DNA from: an uncultured delta proteobacterium
GTDB taxonomy: Bacteria; Myxococcota; UBA727; VGSZ01
Length of the DNA stretch: 64,000 nucleotides
Direction of reading: 5' to 3'
Assembly: GCA_963775425.1 (NCBI GenBank)
Contig: CAVZJB010000013.1
Location: forward strand, 96,001 to 160,000
In this document: piece by piece, positions 1-9,935 of the stretch
How positions within the stretch are numbered: position 1 is the stretch's first letter
Layout of the letters: every line of letters begins with the position of its first letter
The notes under the pieces: generated by a model
Databases searched by the model: none
Told to the model about the DNA's origin: nothing
Seen by the model: only the letters and a program-made list of their open reading frames with translations
Program-made: the position numbers and the translations under genes

Positions 1-262
1 CCTGCTCGCCGCACGACAGCGCCGCCGGCAGCGTCGCGGACACGAGGGTGGCGGCGTCGCCGCCGTCGTCATCGACGGGGGGATCGCGCGGCGTGGCGTG
101 CACCGGGGCGGGCTCGAGGGCGGCCCGCGGCGGCGGCGCCGCCGGCGGCGTTTCCTGTGTGGCGCATGTGTTTCCTTGAGGAGGGGGATCACCGCACGCG
201 CAGAGCATGGTGGTGACGATGCAACATGCTGTAACCGTGACGATAGTTGCTTTGATCGGCAT
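1..262 (-). CDS. Lipoprotein, partial (runs off window start)
   Basis: Manual translation from ATG at 262: MPIKATIVTVTACCIVTTMLCACGDPPP..., with a lipobox-like LCAC and a Pro-rich linker; open to the window edge. Confidence 0.65.
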   Translation of the reverse strand, partial: MPIKATIVTVTACCIVTTMLCACGDPPPQGNTCATQETPPAAPPPRAALEPAPVHATPRDPPVDDDGGDAATLVSATLPAALSCGEQ

Positions 263-376
263 GGGTGCGCCTAGAGCACGTCATCCAATCGGAAACAACA
301 TCCTTCCGGTGGATAGAACCAAAGGAAACACACACGCGACGCGCGCCAAGTCCGCGAAGACCGCACAATAGACGGT

Positions 377-811
377 ATGGCCACGCCGCTGCCGCCCGAT
401 GAAGCAGAGCGCCTGAAGCAGGCCATCGACGCCGACGACGCCGAGGGCGCCGCCGCGCTCGGCGCCGCCGCCCGCGTCGCCCTCCACGAGGGGCGCTTCG
501 AGGACGCCCTCGCCCTCGCGCGCGCCGTCGCCGTCGCCGACCCCGACGCCGCGCGCGCCTGGGTGCTCGTCGCGCGGGCCGCCGAGGGCCTCGGGCGCCT
601 CGAGGACGCGCGGCGCGCGCTCGAGACCGCCGTCTCCCTCGACGACAAGGACCTCGAGACCGCCGTGCACGCCGCCGAGCTCCAGGCGAAGACGGGCGCC
701 CCCGGCGCCGCGCGCGCCCTCGCCACCTATGTCGTGCTCCACGAGCGCGGCGCCCCCGAGCTCGCCGCGCGGGCCCAGGCGGTGATCGACGCGCTCGAGG
801 CCCGCCCGTGA
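377..811 (+). CDS. Small TPR protein (SycD/LcrH-like size and pattern)
   Basis: 144 aa with about 3 TPR-like helical pairs (GRFEDALAL, AWVLVARAAEGLGRLEDARRALETAVSLD); stop overlaps the next start (GTGA). Confidence 0.75.
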   Translation: MATPLPPDEAERLKQAIDADDAEGAAALGAAARVALHEGRFEDALALARAVAVADPDAARAWVLVARAAEGLGRLEDARRALETAVSLDDKDLETAVHAAELQAKTGAPGAARALATYVVLHERGAPELAARAQAVIDALEARP

Positions 812-3388
812 GCCCCATCCGCTCGACGGACAAGCGCCCGTCCTCCCGCACCGGCGTCGACGAGGCCCGGGCCGAGGAGCCCCGCATCGACCAGCCCGAT
901 GGGCCCGATGGGGCCGGCCTCGATGGGGCCGGCCTCGATGGGGCCGGCCTCGATGGGGCCGGCCTCGATGGGGCCGGCCTCGTTGGGGCCGGCCTCGATG
1001 GGGCCGGCCTCGTTGGGGCCGGCCTCGATGGGAACGGCCTCGACGGGGACGGCAGGCGCGCGCTGCCCGGTGACGGCTTCGACAGGCAACGGGGCACGCA
1101 CAAGCCGCCCGCCGACGTGCCCGTCGTCGGCTCGAGCGTCGAGCTGCCCATCCGCGCGCGGCTCGCCACCGCCCGCGTCGAGCGCTCGCCACGGCAGGTG
1201 GCGGGCGTCCTCGTCGACCAGGACGGCAAGACCACCTTTCAACCCGCCGACGAGAGCCTCGCGGCCACCGACGTCGACGCGGACGGCGTCGCCGGGCTGC
1301 CGCGCGGGGTGCTCCTGGTCGCCCGCGCGACGAACGGAAAGACCGTCGTCGACGGCCCCGGCGGCGACGCGCTCGACGCCGTCGTCTACAAGCTCGACGG
1401 CGAAAACGCCGCCGCGCTGCGCGGGCGCTTCACGGGCATCGTGGACTTCGTCGACGGCAAGCCCTTCGTGAAGGACCTCCTCGGGCACACGTGGGCCGCG
1501 CTGCCCGCCCTTCGCCGCGGGCCCCTTCGCCGAGGGCGCGGTCGTCGCCGGGCACGTCGAGGGCGGCGCCGTCGTCGTCGACGAAGAGCTCGCCGCGGGC
1601 GGCTCCGCGCAGGCGCGCTCGTGGACGGTGGCGGCCGACCAGCACCTCGACCCCATCTTCTCCCCCCGCGCGCTCGAAGAGGCGGCGCGCATCGAACGAG
1701 AGCCGGACGTCGACAATCCCGCGCTCGTCGACCTCACCGGGGAGCCCTTCTTCGCCATCGACAACCCCGGCAGCCGCGACATCGACCAGGCCATGCGCCT
1801 GTCGCGCAGGCCCGGCGGCGGCTTCGTCCTCGAGTACGCCCTCGCCGACATGAGCCACTTCGTGAAGCCGGGCATGGCGCTGTTCGACGAGGCCATGAAG
1901 CGCGGCGCGTCGTTCTACCTGCCGGGCGTGAGCGTGCCGATGCAGCCGCCCTCGGTGTGCGAGGGCGGCGTGTCGCTCAACGCCCACGAGGTGCGTCGCG
2001 CCGTCGTCGTCACCATCGAGGTCGACCGAGACGGCAACGTGCAGAAGACCTCCGCGGCGCGCGCAAAGATCAAGAGCCGCGCGCAGCTCACCTACCCCGG
2101 CGTGAGCGCGTTCCTCGAGAAGGGCACAGCGCCCGCCGACGACGAGCGCGGCGAGGGGGTGCCGAAGGCCGTCCTCGAGCAGCTCCCCGTGTTCCGCGAC
2201 CTGGGCGAGGCGCTGCGCAAGAGCTCGCGCGCCCGCGGCGTCGTCGACCCCGACCGCCGCGAGATGCGCATCGGCCTGCGCGGCGCGCGCTTCTTCCTGC
2301 ACGAGGCCGACGACAACCTGGCGAGCAAGCTCAACGCGGAGCTGTCCATCGTCGCCAACGTCGCCGCCGCGAGCGCCCTCGCGCACCCCGGCATCCCCGG
2401 CATCGAGGTGCCCGGCATCTATCGCGTCCACCCGCCGCCGGGCCCGGCCAAGCTCCGGGCGCTGCGCCGCGAGCTGTCCGCCGTCGTCGACGGGAACGGC
2501 GCGCCCGCCTCGTGGAAGTGGCGCAACGACGAGACGCTCGCGGCGTGGGTCGATCGCCTCAAGGCCCTGCCGAGCACCGATCGCGAGCGCGCGCTCGCGC
2601 AGGCGTTGCAGGCGCAGATCATCGGCATCCAGGTGGCGTCGGAGTACGCGCGCGAGCCAGGCCTGCACTCCGGCTTGATGGTCGAGGGCTACGGCCGCTT
2701 CACGGCGCCGATGCGCGAGGTGGTCGGCTTGGTCTCGCACGCGACGCTGATGCAGCTCGAGTCGCTCAGGCGCGTGCGCGCGCTCGGCATCGTCGACGAC
2801 GCCAAGCTGCCGGCGCTGTGGGACCACATGCTGCTCGGCGCGCTCGTGGACGAAAAGGAGCTCGCCCCGGACCGGGCCGCGCTGGCGGCGCGGTGCGCGG
2901 CGCTCGAGGGGCTGCGCGGCGACGCGCTCGCGCAGGCGGCGCGGGCGGCGCTGGCGGCGCTGGCGCCGGCGCCGCCGCTGTCGTCGGAGGACAAGGGCGC
3001 CGTGGAGCGGGTGCTCGCGCGCGCGCTCGACGTCGGCAACAAGTCGCGCATGAAGCAGAAGCAGTGCGACGCGGCTTCGCTGCGGCTCTTGTTCGACGAC
3101 CTCTTCCTGCGCGACCTCCACGGCGTCCCCGGCGGCGACCCGAGCCGCCCGTCGACGCCGCGTAGCGGGACGGTGACGGCGGTGTCCCCGGGCAAGATCG
3201 TGGTGCACCTCGACGAGCCCGACGTCGAGGTGAAGCTCGGCCGCGGCGACCTCGGCGACGGCGACTTCCGCCTCGAGCGCGACGGCGCCGAGCTGTGCTG
3301 CGGCGCGCGCAGGCTCCTCGTGGGCCAACCCGTCGAGATCCGCGCGACGCACCATGACGGCGAGAAGCTTCACTTCGCCCTGGTGTGA
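808..3388 (+). CDS. RNB-domain (RNase II/R family) exoribonuclease, split by a +1 frameshift near 1505-1511
   Basis: Catalytic motif FAIDNPGSRDIDQA, YGRFTAPMRE motif and S1-like C-terminus; the N-terminal frame (808) joins the 1628 frame if one C is removed from cccgcccttc. Confidence 0.85.
898..1050 (+). repeat. 15-bp tandem repeat (gatggggccggcctc)n encoding GAGLD/GAGLV pentapeptides
   Basis: About 9-10 units directly visible. Confidence 0.95.
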
Positions 3389-3618
3389 TCGGCGACCGGA
3401 GGGAGCGGCCGCGCTTGATCGCTCGCGGACGGCCGACGGCGAGGAGCATCCCTTCGCCCTGGTGTGATCGCTCGTGGACGCGGACGCCGACGCCGGTCGA
3501 CGCTGACGCCCCACCGCCGCGCCGCGCGGCCGTCGGTTTCGCCGTGATCGCGCGCGGCGCGCGAGCGATGCTCCCGCGCGGCACGCCCCCGTCACGGGGC
3601 CGGCGCTTCAGCGGGGCG

Positions 3619-4668
3619 TCACGGACAGATGAGGCCGACGCCTTCGACGAACACCGGCGCGTCGCACGTGCCGCCCGTCGAGCCCGTGCCGCCGGTGGTG
3701 CCGTCGCCGGTGCCGGTCCCGCCCGTCCCGTCGGTGCCGCCGGTGGCGCCGCTGCCGTCGCCGGTGCCGGTCCCGCCCGTCCCGTCGGTGCCGCCGGTGG
3801 CGCCGCTGCCGTCGCCGGTGCCGGTCCCGCCCGTCCCGTCGGTGCCGCCGGTGGCGCCGCTGCCGTCGCCGGTGCCGGTCCCGCCCGTCCCGTCGGTGCC
3901 GCCGGTGACGCCGCCGTTGCCGCCGCAGCCCTCGGTGCCGGGCGGGCACGCGCCCGCGCCCCCGTCGCCGCCGTTGTCGCCGCCGACATCGCCGCCGTTG
4001 TCGACGCTGCCGTCGTCGCCGCCGGGGACCGGGGTTCCGTCGTCACCGTCGGGATCGCAGATGTCGGCGGGGATGGTGTCGAAGTCGGTGCGGTGGATGG
4101 TCGGCCGCAGGATGAGGTCCTCGTGGTTGCCGTGGCCGTGCACCAGGATGGACTTCTCGAGGTCGACCACCGCGGTGGCCAGACCGTTTTCACACGCGCC
4201 GAGGTCGAACGGCCCCTTCAGCTTCACCCCGGTCTCAAGGCCCGACGGCACCGTGAGCGCCTGCGTCTCGCCCGCCTTGGTGACGACGCGGTTGTTGCCG
4301 TCGTCGGTGATGTACAGCCGGATCTGCGTGATCTTGCCGGCGGGCAGGTGCGCGAAGCCGAGCGCGTCCGCGCTGTCCTGCAGCCGCAGCAGATCGACGA
4401 GCGTCGGCTGGTCGCTCACCTGCACCCAACCGCTGCCCGCCGCGTGCGCCGCCACCGCCACCACGCTGATCACGATCTGGTCCATGCTCGTGACCAGGTT
4501 GCCGCCGTGCGCGCCGCCGTTCGCCGCCGTGGACGTGCTCACCGCGACGCCGAGGCCCGCCTTCACCGCGCCCGGGGCGCGGCCGACCACGGATGCGTCG
4601 CCGACGCCGCTCCCCGCGCAGGCGGTGGCGAGGACGAGGACGAGGGTGGCGAGCGTCAGCTTCTGCAT
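3619..4668 (-). CDS. DUF4382-like lipoprotein with Gly/Thr/Asp repeat tail
   Basis: Lipobox LATAC; VDLLRLQ...GKITQIRL...[13 protein letters not shown]...ILRPTI pattern. Confidence 0.8.
   Translation of the reverse strand: MQKLTLATLVLVLATACAGSGVGDASVVGRAPGAVKAGLGVAVSTSTAANGGAHGGNLVTSMDQIVISVVAVAAHAAGSGWVQVSDQPTLVDLLRLQDSADALGFAHLPAGKITQIRLYITDDGNNRVVTKAGETQALTVPSGLETGVKLKGPFDLGACENGLATAVVDLEKSILVHGHGNHEDLILRPTIHRTDFDTIPADICDPDGDDGTPVPGGDDGSVDNGGDVGGDNGGDGGAGACPPGTEGCGGNGGVTGGTDGTGGTGTGDGSGATGGTDGTGGTGTGDGSGATGGTDGTGGTGTGDGSGATGGTDGTGGTGTGDGTTGGTGSTGGTCDAPVFVEGVGLICP
3700..3907. repeat. 54-bp tandem repeat encoding [18 protein letters not shown]
   Basis: About 4 near-identical units starting at 3700, 3754, 3808 and 3862. 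Confidence 0.95.
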
Positions 4669-4692
4669 GCGGCCTCCGTGGCGCGGAGCACA

Positions 4693-4794
4693 TCAAGGAT
4701 CGATCCAGGCCCGCGGATCGCGTCCTGACGCCAAACCCCAGGGGTGTTGGGATAGGGTGCGCGTGTCCCGGACGTCCCTGCGCCCGTCCCGGAC
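4693..4794 (-). promoter_or_regulatory. Candidate sigma54-like -24/-12 element (GGATCG-N4-TTGA) plus paired GTCCCGGAC activator-type sites
   Basis: GG-N10-GA at 4693-4706, 24 nt upstream of the ATG at 4668; GTCCCGGAC at 4765 and 4786 (21 bp apart); divergent sigma54 activator gene adjacent. Confidence 0.4.
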
Positions 4795-4817
4795 ACACGA
4801 GGAGCACGCCGAGAGAG

Positions 4818-6179
4818 ATGGTCGACATCGACGACCCCACCGTGGAGCCCGCCACCGCCGTCGCCCCCACCGCCACGGCCCCCGCCCTCCGGGTCGTCTT
4901 CTCCGGCGAGCAGATCGTGTGGTCCGACCACGTCCTCGAGGCGCCCCGCACCGACGCCGGCCGCGCCGCCCTCGGCGCCAAGGACCTCCGCCTCGAGCAC
5001 GACCCTCGCGTCTCCCGCCAGCACGCCACCTTCGTCGTCGAGCGCGGGCGCGTGCGCCTGGAGAACCGGAGCAACAACGGGAGCTTCGTCAACGGCGAGC
5101 GCGTCGACGACGTCCGCGAGCTCAACGACGGCGACGTCGTCCGCCTCGGCGACACCTTCCTCGTCGCGCGCTGGATGCCCGACAACCCGCGCGACGTGCC
5201 GTCCGACACGCTGCTCGGCCGCTCGCCGGCGGTGATGCGATTGCGCTCGCTCGTCGACGTCGTCGCGCCCACCCGCGCGAGCGTCGTGCTGCTCGGTGAG
5301 ACCGGCGCAGGCAAGGAGGTGGCCGCGCGCGCCATCCACGCGCGCAGCGGCCGCGGCGGCCCCTTCGTGCCCGTCAACTGCGCCGCCATCCCCGAGAACC
5401 TCGCCGAGAGCCAGCTCTTCGGGCACCGCGCGGGCGCCTTCACCGGCGCGCACAAGGATCACGCGGGCTTCTTTCGCGAGGCCCACGGCGGCACGCTGTT
5501 CCTCGACGAGGTGGGCGAGCTCCCGCTCTCGCTGCAGCCCAAGCTCCTGCGCGTCCTCGACGAGAAGCACGTGCTCGCGGTGGGCGCCACCAGCGGCGCC
5601 CCCGTCGACGTTCGCGTCGTCGCGGCCACCAACCGCGAGATCGCGCGCGAGGTGGAGATCGGCCACTTTCGCGGCGACCTCTTCGCGCGCCTCGCCGAGA
5701 TCACGGTGTCGCTGCCGCCGCTGCGCGCGCGCCGCGAAGACGTGCTGCTGCTCCTCGACAGCGCGCTGCCCAAGCTCAAGCACGGCGAGATGACGCTGTC
5801 GCCGCTGCTGGTGAACGCGCTCATGCTCCACGCGTGGCCGTTCAACGTGCGCGAGCTGATGAAGATCGCCACGGAGCTCGAGGTGAAGGCGCAGGGCCGC
5901 CGGCTCCTCGACGTCGATCTGCTCGAGGGGCGCGTGCTCGGGCCCAAGCCCACCGACAGCGCGCAGCCCATCACCCTCGCGGCGCCCGCGCCCGCGCCGG
6001 CGCCGGCGAAGAAGCGCGCCGAGGACCTCCCGGCCCCCACGCGCGACGCGCTGCTCGCGCTCGTCGAGCGGCACCAGGGCAAGGTGAGCGACGTCGCCCG
6101 ATCGACCGGCCGCTCCCGCACCCAGGTGTACCGCTGGCTCGAGCAGCACGGTATCGACGTCGAGAAATACCGGCGCTAG
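4818..6179 (+). CDS. FHA-domain sigma54-dependent transcriptional activator (bEBP)
   Basis: FHA ([15 protein letters not shown]), Walker [15 protein letters not shown], Walker [18 protein letters not shown]-terminal HTH. Confidence 0.95.
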   Translation: MVDIDDPTVEPATAVAPTATAPALRVVFSGEQIVWSDHVLEAPRTDAGRAALGAKDLRLEHDPRVSRQHATFVVERGRVRLENRSNNGSFVNGERVDDVRELNDGDVVRLGDTFLVARWMPDNPRDVPSDTLLGRSPAVMRLRSLVDVVAPTRASVVLLGETGAGKEVAARAIHARSGRGGPFVPVNCAAIPENLAESQLFGHRAGAFTGAHKDHAGFFREAHGGTLFLDEVGELPLSLQPKLLRVLDEKHVLAVGATSGAPVDVRVVAATNREIAREVEIGHFRGDLFARLAEITVSLPPLRARREDVLLLLDSALPKLKHGEMTLSPLLVNALMLHAWPFNVRELMKIATELEVKAQGRRLLDVDLLEGRVLGPKPTDSAQPITLAAPAPAPAPAKKRAEDLPAPTRDALLALVERHQGKVSDVARSTGRSRTQVYRWLEQHGIDVEKYRR

Positions 6180-6188
6180 ACCCGCGAT

Positions 6189-6995
6189 ATGAACACGCTC
6201 AAGTGGCGCCTCCTGAACACCTGGCACGCGTTGTTTCTGGCCACCTGGTCGGTCTTCTGGATGACCGCCGCCATCGTCGCGCGCGTGCTCACGGGCAGCG
6301 CCGACACCACGCTGCGCTGGGCGCGCACGCGTTGGTCCCCGGGGCTGTGCTGGTGCGCGGGCGTCCGCCTCGCCGTCGAGGGCCTGGACAAGATCGACTT
6401 CGACAAGCCGCACGTGTTCGTCGTGAACCACCAGTCGATGTTCGACATCCCCGCGATGTTCATGGCGCTCCCCGTCAACCTGCACTTCATCGCCAAAAAG
6501 GAGCTCGCTTCGGTGCCGTTCCTCGGTTGGTACATGCGGGCGGCGGGCATGATCTTCGTCGACAGGAAGAACGGCCCCGAGGCCGTCGCCACCCTCAAGA
6601 TCGCCGGTGACCGCGTCGCCGGCGGCGAGAGCGTGCTCGCGTTCGCCGAGGGCACGCGCAGCCGCACCGGCGTCATCGGCCCGTTCAAGAAGGGCGCGTT
6701 CATGCTCGCGCTGCAGGCGGGCGTGCCCGTGGTCCCCGTGGCCATCGAGGGCGCCCGGCACGCGCTGCCGGCCGACGGCTTCGCCGTGCGCCCGGAGATC
6801 ATCCACATCCGCCTCGGCGACCCCATCGCCACCGACGACGGCGTCGAGCGCGACGCGCTGATGGCGCGCGCACACGACGCGGTCGTGCGCATGAACGTCG
6901 GCCTCGGCGGGCTCGGCGCCGACCCGTTCGCGGCGTCGCTCACGAGCGGCGGCGCGGACGCCGCGCGCGTGTCCGCCGTCGCCCGGACGGTGTAG
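6189..6995 (+). CDS. plsC: 1-acyl-sn-glycerol-3-phosphate acyltransferase
   Basis: NHQSMFD, FIAKKEL, FAEGTRS and FKKGAF motifs. Confidence 0.9.
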   Translation: MNTLKWRLLNTWHALFLATWSVFWMTAAIVARVLTGSADTTLRWARTRWSPGLCWCAGVRLAVEGLDKIDFDKPHVFVVNHQSMFDIPAMFMALPVNLHFIAKKELASVPFLGWYMRAAGMIFVDRKNGPEAVATLKIAGDRVAGGESVLAFAEGTRSRTGVIGPFKKGAFMLALQAGVPVVPVAIEGARHALPADGFAVRPEIIHIRLGDPIATDDGVERDALMARAHDAVVRMNVGLGGLGADPFAASLTSGGADAARVSAVARTV

Positions 6996-7016
6996 CCTCG
7001 CGGCGCGAGGTGGAAC

Positions 7017-7715
7017 TTGGGCACGGGTCTGCGAGCGGTCTACGACGACGGGAAGCGCCACAGCGAAGGCACGGTCAAGGGCATGTGGAGCTCGGGCATC
7101 GTGCTCGAGACCGACGTACAACCGAGCATCGGCAGCGCCGTCGCGCTCGTCGTGCTGAGCGGCGGCTTCGACGGGGACCGGCTCGCGGCGCAGGTCGCCG
7201 GCTTCGAGAAGAACGCGCTCTTGCTCGACCTCCCCGGCCTCGATCCCGTTCGCTGGCAGCGCCTGCAGGCGCTCGTCGACGGCAAGCCCCTCACCACGCC
7301 GCTGCCCGCGGGCGCGCCCGGCAAGCAGCCGCCGCCGAACGCGCCGGTGTTCATCATCTCGGGCGGCGAGGACGCCCAGGGCGATCCCACCGGCGTCTTC
7401 AACCTCACCGAGGACATGGCCAAGAAGCAGGCGGCGCCGGAGCCCGCGCCTGCGCCCCCGTCGTCCTCGTTCCAGATCCCCTCGCCGCTCGATCCCTTCC
7501 CCTTCGCGCCGGCGCCCGCGGGCTCCCCCGCCACGCCGCCGCCCGTCGTCACCTCCGACGAGGGCCTCGAGCAACAGGTCATCGCGCTCGGCCGCGAAAA
7601 CGCCGCGTTGAAGAACGAGGTCCAGCGCCTCAGCGGCTTGAAGGCCGCGCTCGAGGAGGAGCTCAAGGACGCGCTCGACAAGCTCGACGGCATCGAAAAG
7701 ATGATGAAGCGCTGA
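7017..7715 (+). CDS. Hypothetical protein: PilZ-like N-terminus, Pro-rich linker, C-terminal coiled coil
   Basis: MWSSGIVLETDVQPSIGSAVALV resembles PilZ beta strands; heptad-rich C-terminus. Confidence 0.6.
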   Translation: MGTGLRAVYDDGKRHSEGTVKGMWSSGIVLETDVQPSIGSAVALVVLSGGFDGDRLAAQVAGFEKNALLLDLPGLDPVRWQRLQALVDGKPLTTPLPAGAPGKQPPPNAPVFIISGGEDAQGDPTGVFNLTEDMAKKQAAPEPAPAPPSSSFQIPSPLDPFPFAPAPAGSPATPPPVVTSDEGLEQQVIALGRENAALKNEVQRLSGLKAALEEELKDALDKLDGIEKMMKR

Positions 7716-7716
7716 G

Positions 7717-8142
7717 CTACAGCGCGATCTCGCCGTCGGCGCGCTTGGCCGGCAGCGGCTCGCCCAGCAACCGATCGATGCAGCCCTCGCGCGCCCGCAC
7801 CGAGAGCGAGCGGTCGTCGGCGCCTCCGGTGGCGCCGACGCGGGTGAGGGTGACGTCGACGCGGAAGTACGGCTCCGAGCCCACCCACGCGGGCTCCACC
7901 TTCTTCACCGCGTAGCGCTCGATCTTCTGCGGACCGAGCACCGCCGCTTCGGCGCGCTGCTCGTGGCCGTCACACACGTGCGCCGCGAGGGACTTCTTGT
8001 CGCCGGCGACGGCCGCGTCGAGGAACGCGCGCACCACCGCCTCCGCCTGCACACCCGTCGCGGCTTTGAGCGCGCTCTTGCCGTTCGCCGCGGAGCACCC
8101 CGCGGTGAGGACGATGACGGCGGCGACAAAATGGGCGCGCAC
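7717..8142 (-). CDS. Hypothetical lipoprotein
   Basis: Signal with LTAGC lipobox; coding-like codon usage. Confidence 0.7.
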   Translation of the reverse strand: MRAHFVAAVIVLTAGCSAANGKSALKAATGVQAEAVVRAFLDAAVAGDKKSLAAHVCDGHEQRAEAAVLGPQKIERYAVKKVEPAWVGSEPYFRVDVTLTRVGATGGADDRSLSVRAREGCIDRLLGEPLPAKRADGEIAL

Positions 8143-8188
8143 CTCACAAACCTACTCCGCCGACGCCGAAGTGTGCGATCTTGTCGCC

Positions 8189-8800
8189 ATGGCAAAGAGC
8201 CCACTCAAGGACAAGGACTTCATCCCCGACGACGAGTCCCTCTCGAAGATCCTGGGGTCGCGCTGGCCGCGCTATCAGGAGACTCTCGAAGAGCTCAAGA
8301 AGCGCAACCTCTATCCCGAGATGTACTGGTACGGCCCGTCGTCGGGATGGGCGCCGCGCTTCTGCATCGGTGAGGTCACCGTCTGCGGCGTCTACCTCGC
8401 GCAGAACCCGCTCATGGGCCTCGTCGGCGTCGGCGACAAGGTCGGTGCCTACCTCGACAAGGACCAACTGCTGAGCCAGCGCGCCCGCGCGCTCTACGAG
8501 ATGACGCCGAAGAAGGGCCCGCTGCGCTGGATCGAAGCCCAGCTCGCCACCCGCGGCGACCTCGAGGCCTTCCTCTCCCTCGTCGACGGCAAGCTGCGCG
8601 CGCTCGCCGAGGAAGGCGTGCGCCCCACCGAGGGGCCGCCGCCGCCGCGCCTGCGCCGCAAGGACCCGGGCCCCAAGAAGGAGCCGGGCAAGCCGGGCAG
8701 GAAGCCCACCAAGCTGCCCAAGCCCAAGGACAAGCCGCTGCAGGTGGGCCCGCCGTCCAAGTACACGCCCGCCGTCCTGGTCGCCGCCGGCCGGGGCTGA
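8189..8800 (+). CDS. DUF3788-like protein with Lys/Pro-rich tail
   Basis: EMYWYGPSSGWAPRF...TVCGVY...RWIEAQL pattern. Confidence 0.65.
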   Translation: MAKSPLKDKDFIPDDESLSKILGSRWPRYQETLEELKKRNLYPEMYWYGPSSGWAPRFCIGEVTVCGVYLAQNPLMGLVGVGDKVGAYLDKDQLLSQRARALYEMTPKKGPLRWIEAQLATRGDLEAFLSLVDGKLRALAEEGVRPTEGPPPPRLRRKDPGPKKEPGKPGRKPTKLPKPKDKPLQVGPPSKYTPAVLVAAGRG

Positions 8801-8813
8801 GCCGCCGGAGCCG

Positions 8814-9494
8814 CTACCGCACCCAGAGCCAGGCGCCGAGGAACAGCGCCGCGGCGCTCACGGCCATGCCGGCGCGCATCAGGCCCTGCAGCGCGACGAC
8901 GCGCACGCGCCCGGTGGTGACGTGCAGCGGGAGGAAGCCGTCGGCGGTCTTCCTGGCGACGACGGAGACCTCGGTGCCGTCGAGCAAGGCGGCCTCGGTG
9001 GCAGTGACGTTGCGGTTCATGCACCAAAGCCCGCCCGGCTTGTGCAGCCGCACGGCGAGGAGCTTGTCGAGCGGCTGCGTCAGGCGCTCGAGGGGCTTGC
9101 GGATGACGCTGGTGCCGGTGATCGGCACGCGGCGCGTGCGCAGGTCCACGTGCACGCGGCCGGTGCCGTCGTCGACGGTGAAGGGGGCGGCGGCGACGAA
9201 GGTGATGAGGTCGGGATCGCCGTCGCGCTTCACGCCGCCCTTGGGCGAGGCGCGCTCCATGACGACGGTGAACTGCACGCAGGAGCGGCCGGTGAGCGGC
9301 CCCATGAGCGGCTCCTCCGCGCGCGCGGGCCCGCGCACGTCGACGATGCCGCTCGAGCCGCGCAGCTCCCGGGCGCTGACGCGCCGCGCGCGCCACAGCG
9401 TCAGCGCGTGGCGGATCTCGAAGAGGGCACCGAGGAGCAGGCTCGCTCCCGTGCTCAACAACGCGAAGGCGATCAACTGCATGACGATCGACAC
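8814..9494 (-). CDS. Membrane protein with GIDE-like domain
   Basis: N- and C-terminal TM; PLMGPLTGRSCV, PFTVDDGTGRVHVD, EAALLDGTEVSV; GGAGG upstream of GTG at 9494. Confidence 0.7.
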   Translation of the reverse strand: MSIVMQLIAFALLSTGASLLLGALFEIRHALTLWRARRVSARELRGSSGIVDVRGPARAEEPLMGPLTGRSCVQFTVVMERASPKGGVKRDGDPDLITFVAAAPFTVDDGTGRVHVDLRTRRVPITGTSVIRKPLERLTQPLDKLLAVRLHKPGGLWCMNRNVTATEAALLDGTEVSVVARKTADGFLPLHVTTGRVRVVALQGLMRAGMAVSAAALFLGAWLWVR

Positions 9495-9563
9495 GTCACC
9501 TCCGCCCGCGCGCATGCACGCGGCTCCGATGCCGTAGCGATGAAGAGGGACGAATGGCACTGA

Positions 9564-9923
9564 TCACGGCGCGCACGACGCCTCGCCGCGTGCGACCGCC
9601 GCCTGCGCGCCGGGGTGGAGCATCAACACCTCCCACGCGGGCCGCTCGAGCCAGGAGGTGCGCCGCCCGCGCGGCCCGGCGATCTCGAGGCGCACGGACG
9701 CCCGCCCCGCGTGGGTCTCCTCGACGACCACGAGGCGCGAGCCGTCGGCGCGCGCCCTCTCCAGGTCGCTCAACAGCGCGCGCAGCCGGCGGTACAGCGC
9801 GATGGCGCTCTTGAAGCGCGCGTCGTTGTACGCCTCGTAGTTGCGGTTGCGGGAGAAGGGCGTGTCCGCGAGCAGCAGGTGCGCCGCCATCTCGTACACG
9901 CGCTTTCCGCCGCGATGGGCCAT
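9564..9923 (-). CDS. Hypothetical protein
   Basis: 119 aa ORF (FSRNRNYEAY motif) with coding-like codon usage and TACGCT 6 nt upstream of the start. Confidence 0.65.
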   Translation of the reverse strand: MAHRGGKRVYEMAAHLLLADTPFSRNRNYEAYNDARFKSAIALYRRLRALLSDLERARADGSRLVVVEETHAGRASVRLEIAGPRGRRTSWLERPAWEVLMLHPGAQAAVARGEASCAP

Positions 9924-9935
9924 CGCCCCAGCGTA

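Noticed and set aside
898-1050. Possible CRISPR array
   Set aside because: 15-bp head-to-tail units with no spacers, in frame within a CDS; no cas genes.
6993-7017. Stop-codon readthrough fusing plsC to the next ORF (same frame)
   Set aside because: A single TAG with no recoding signal; both proteins look complete alone.
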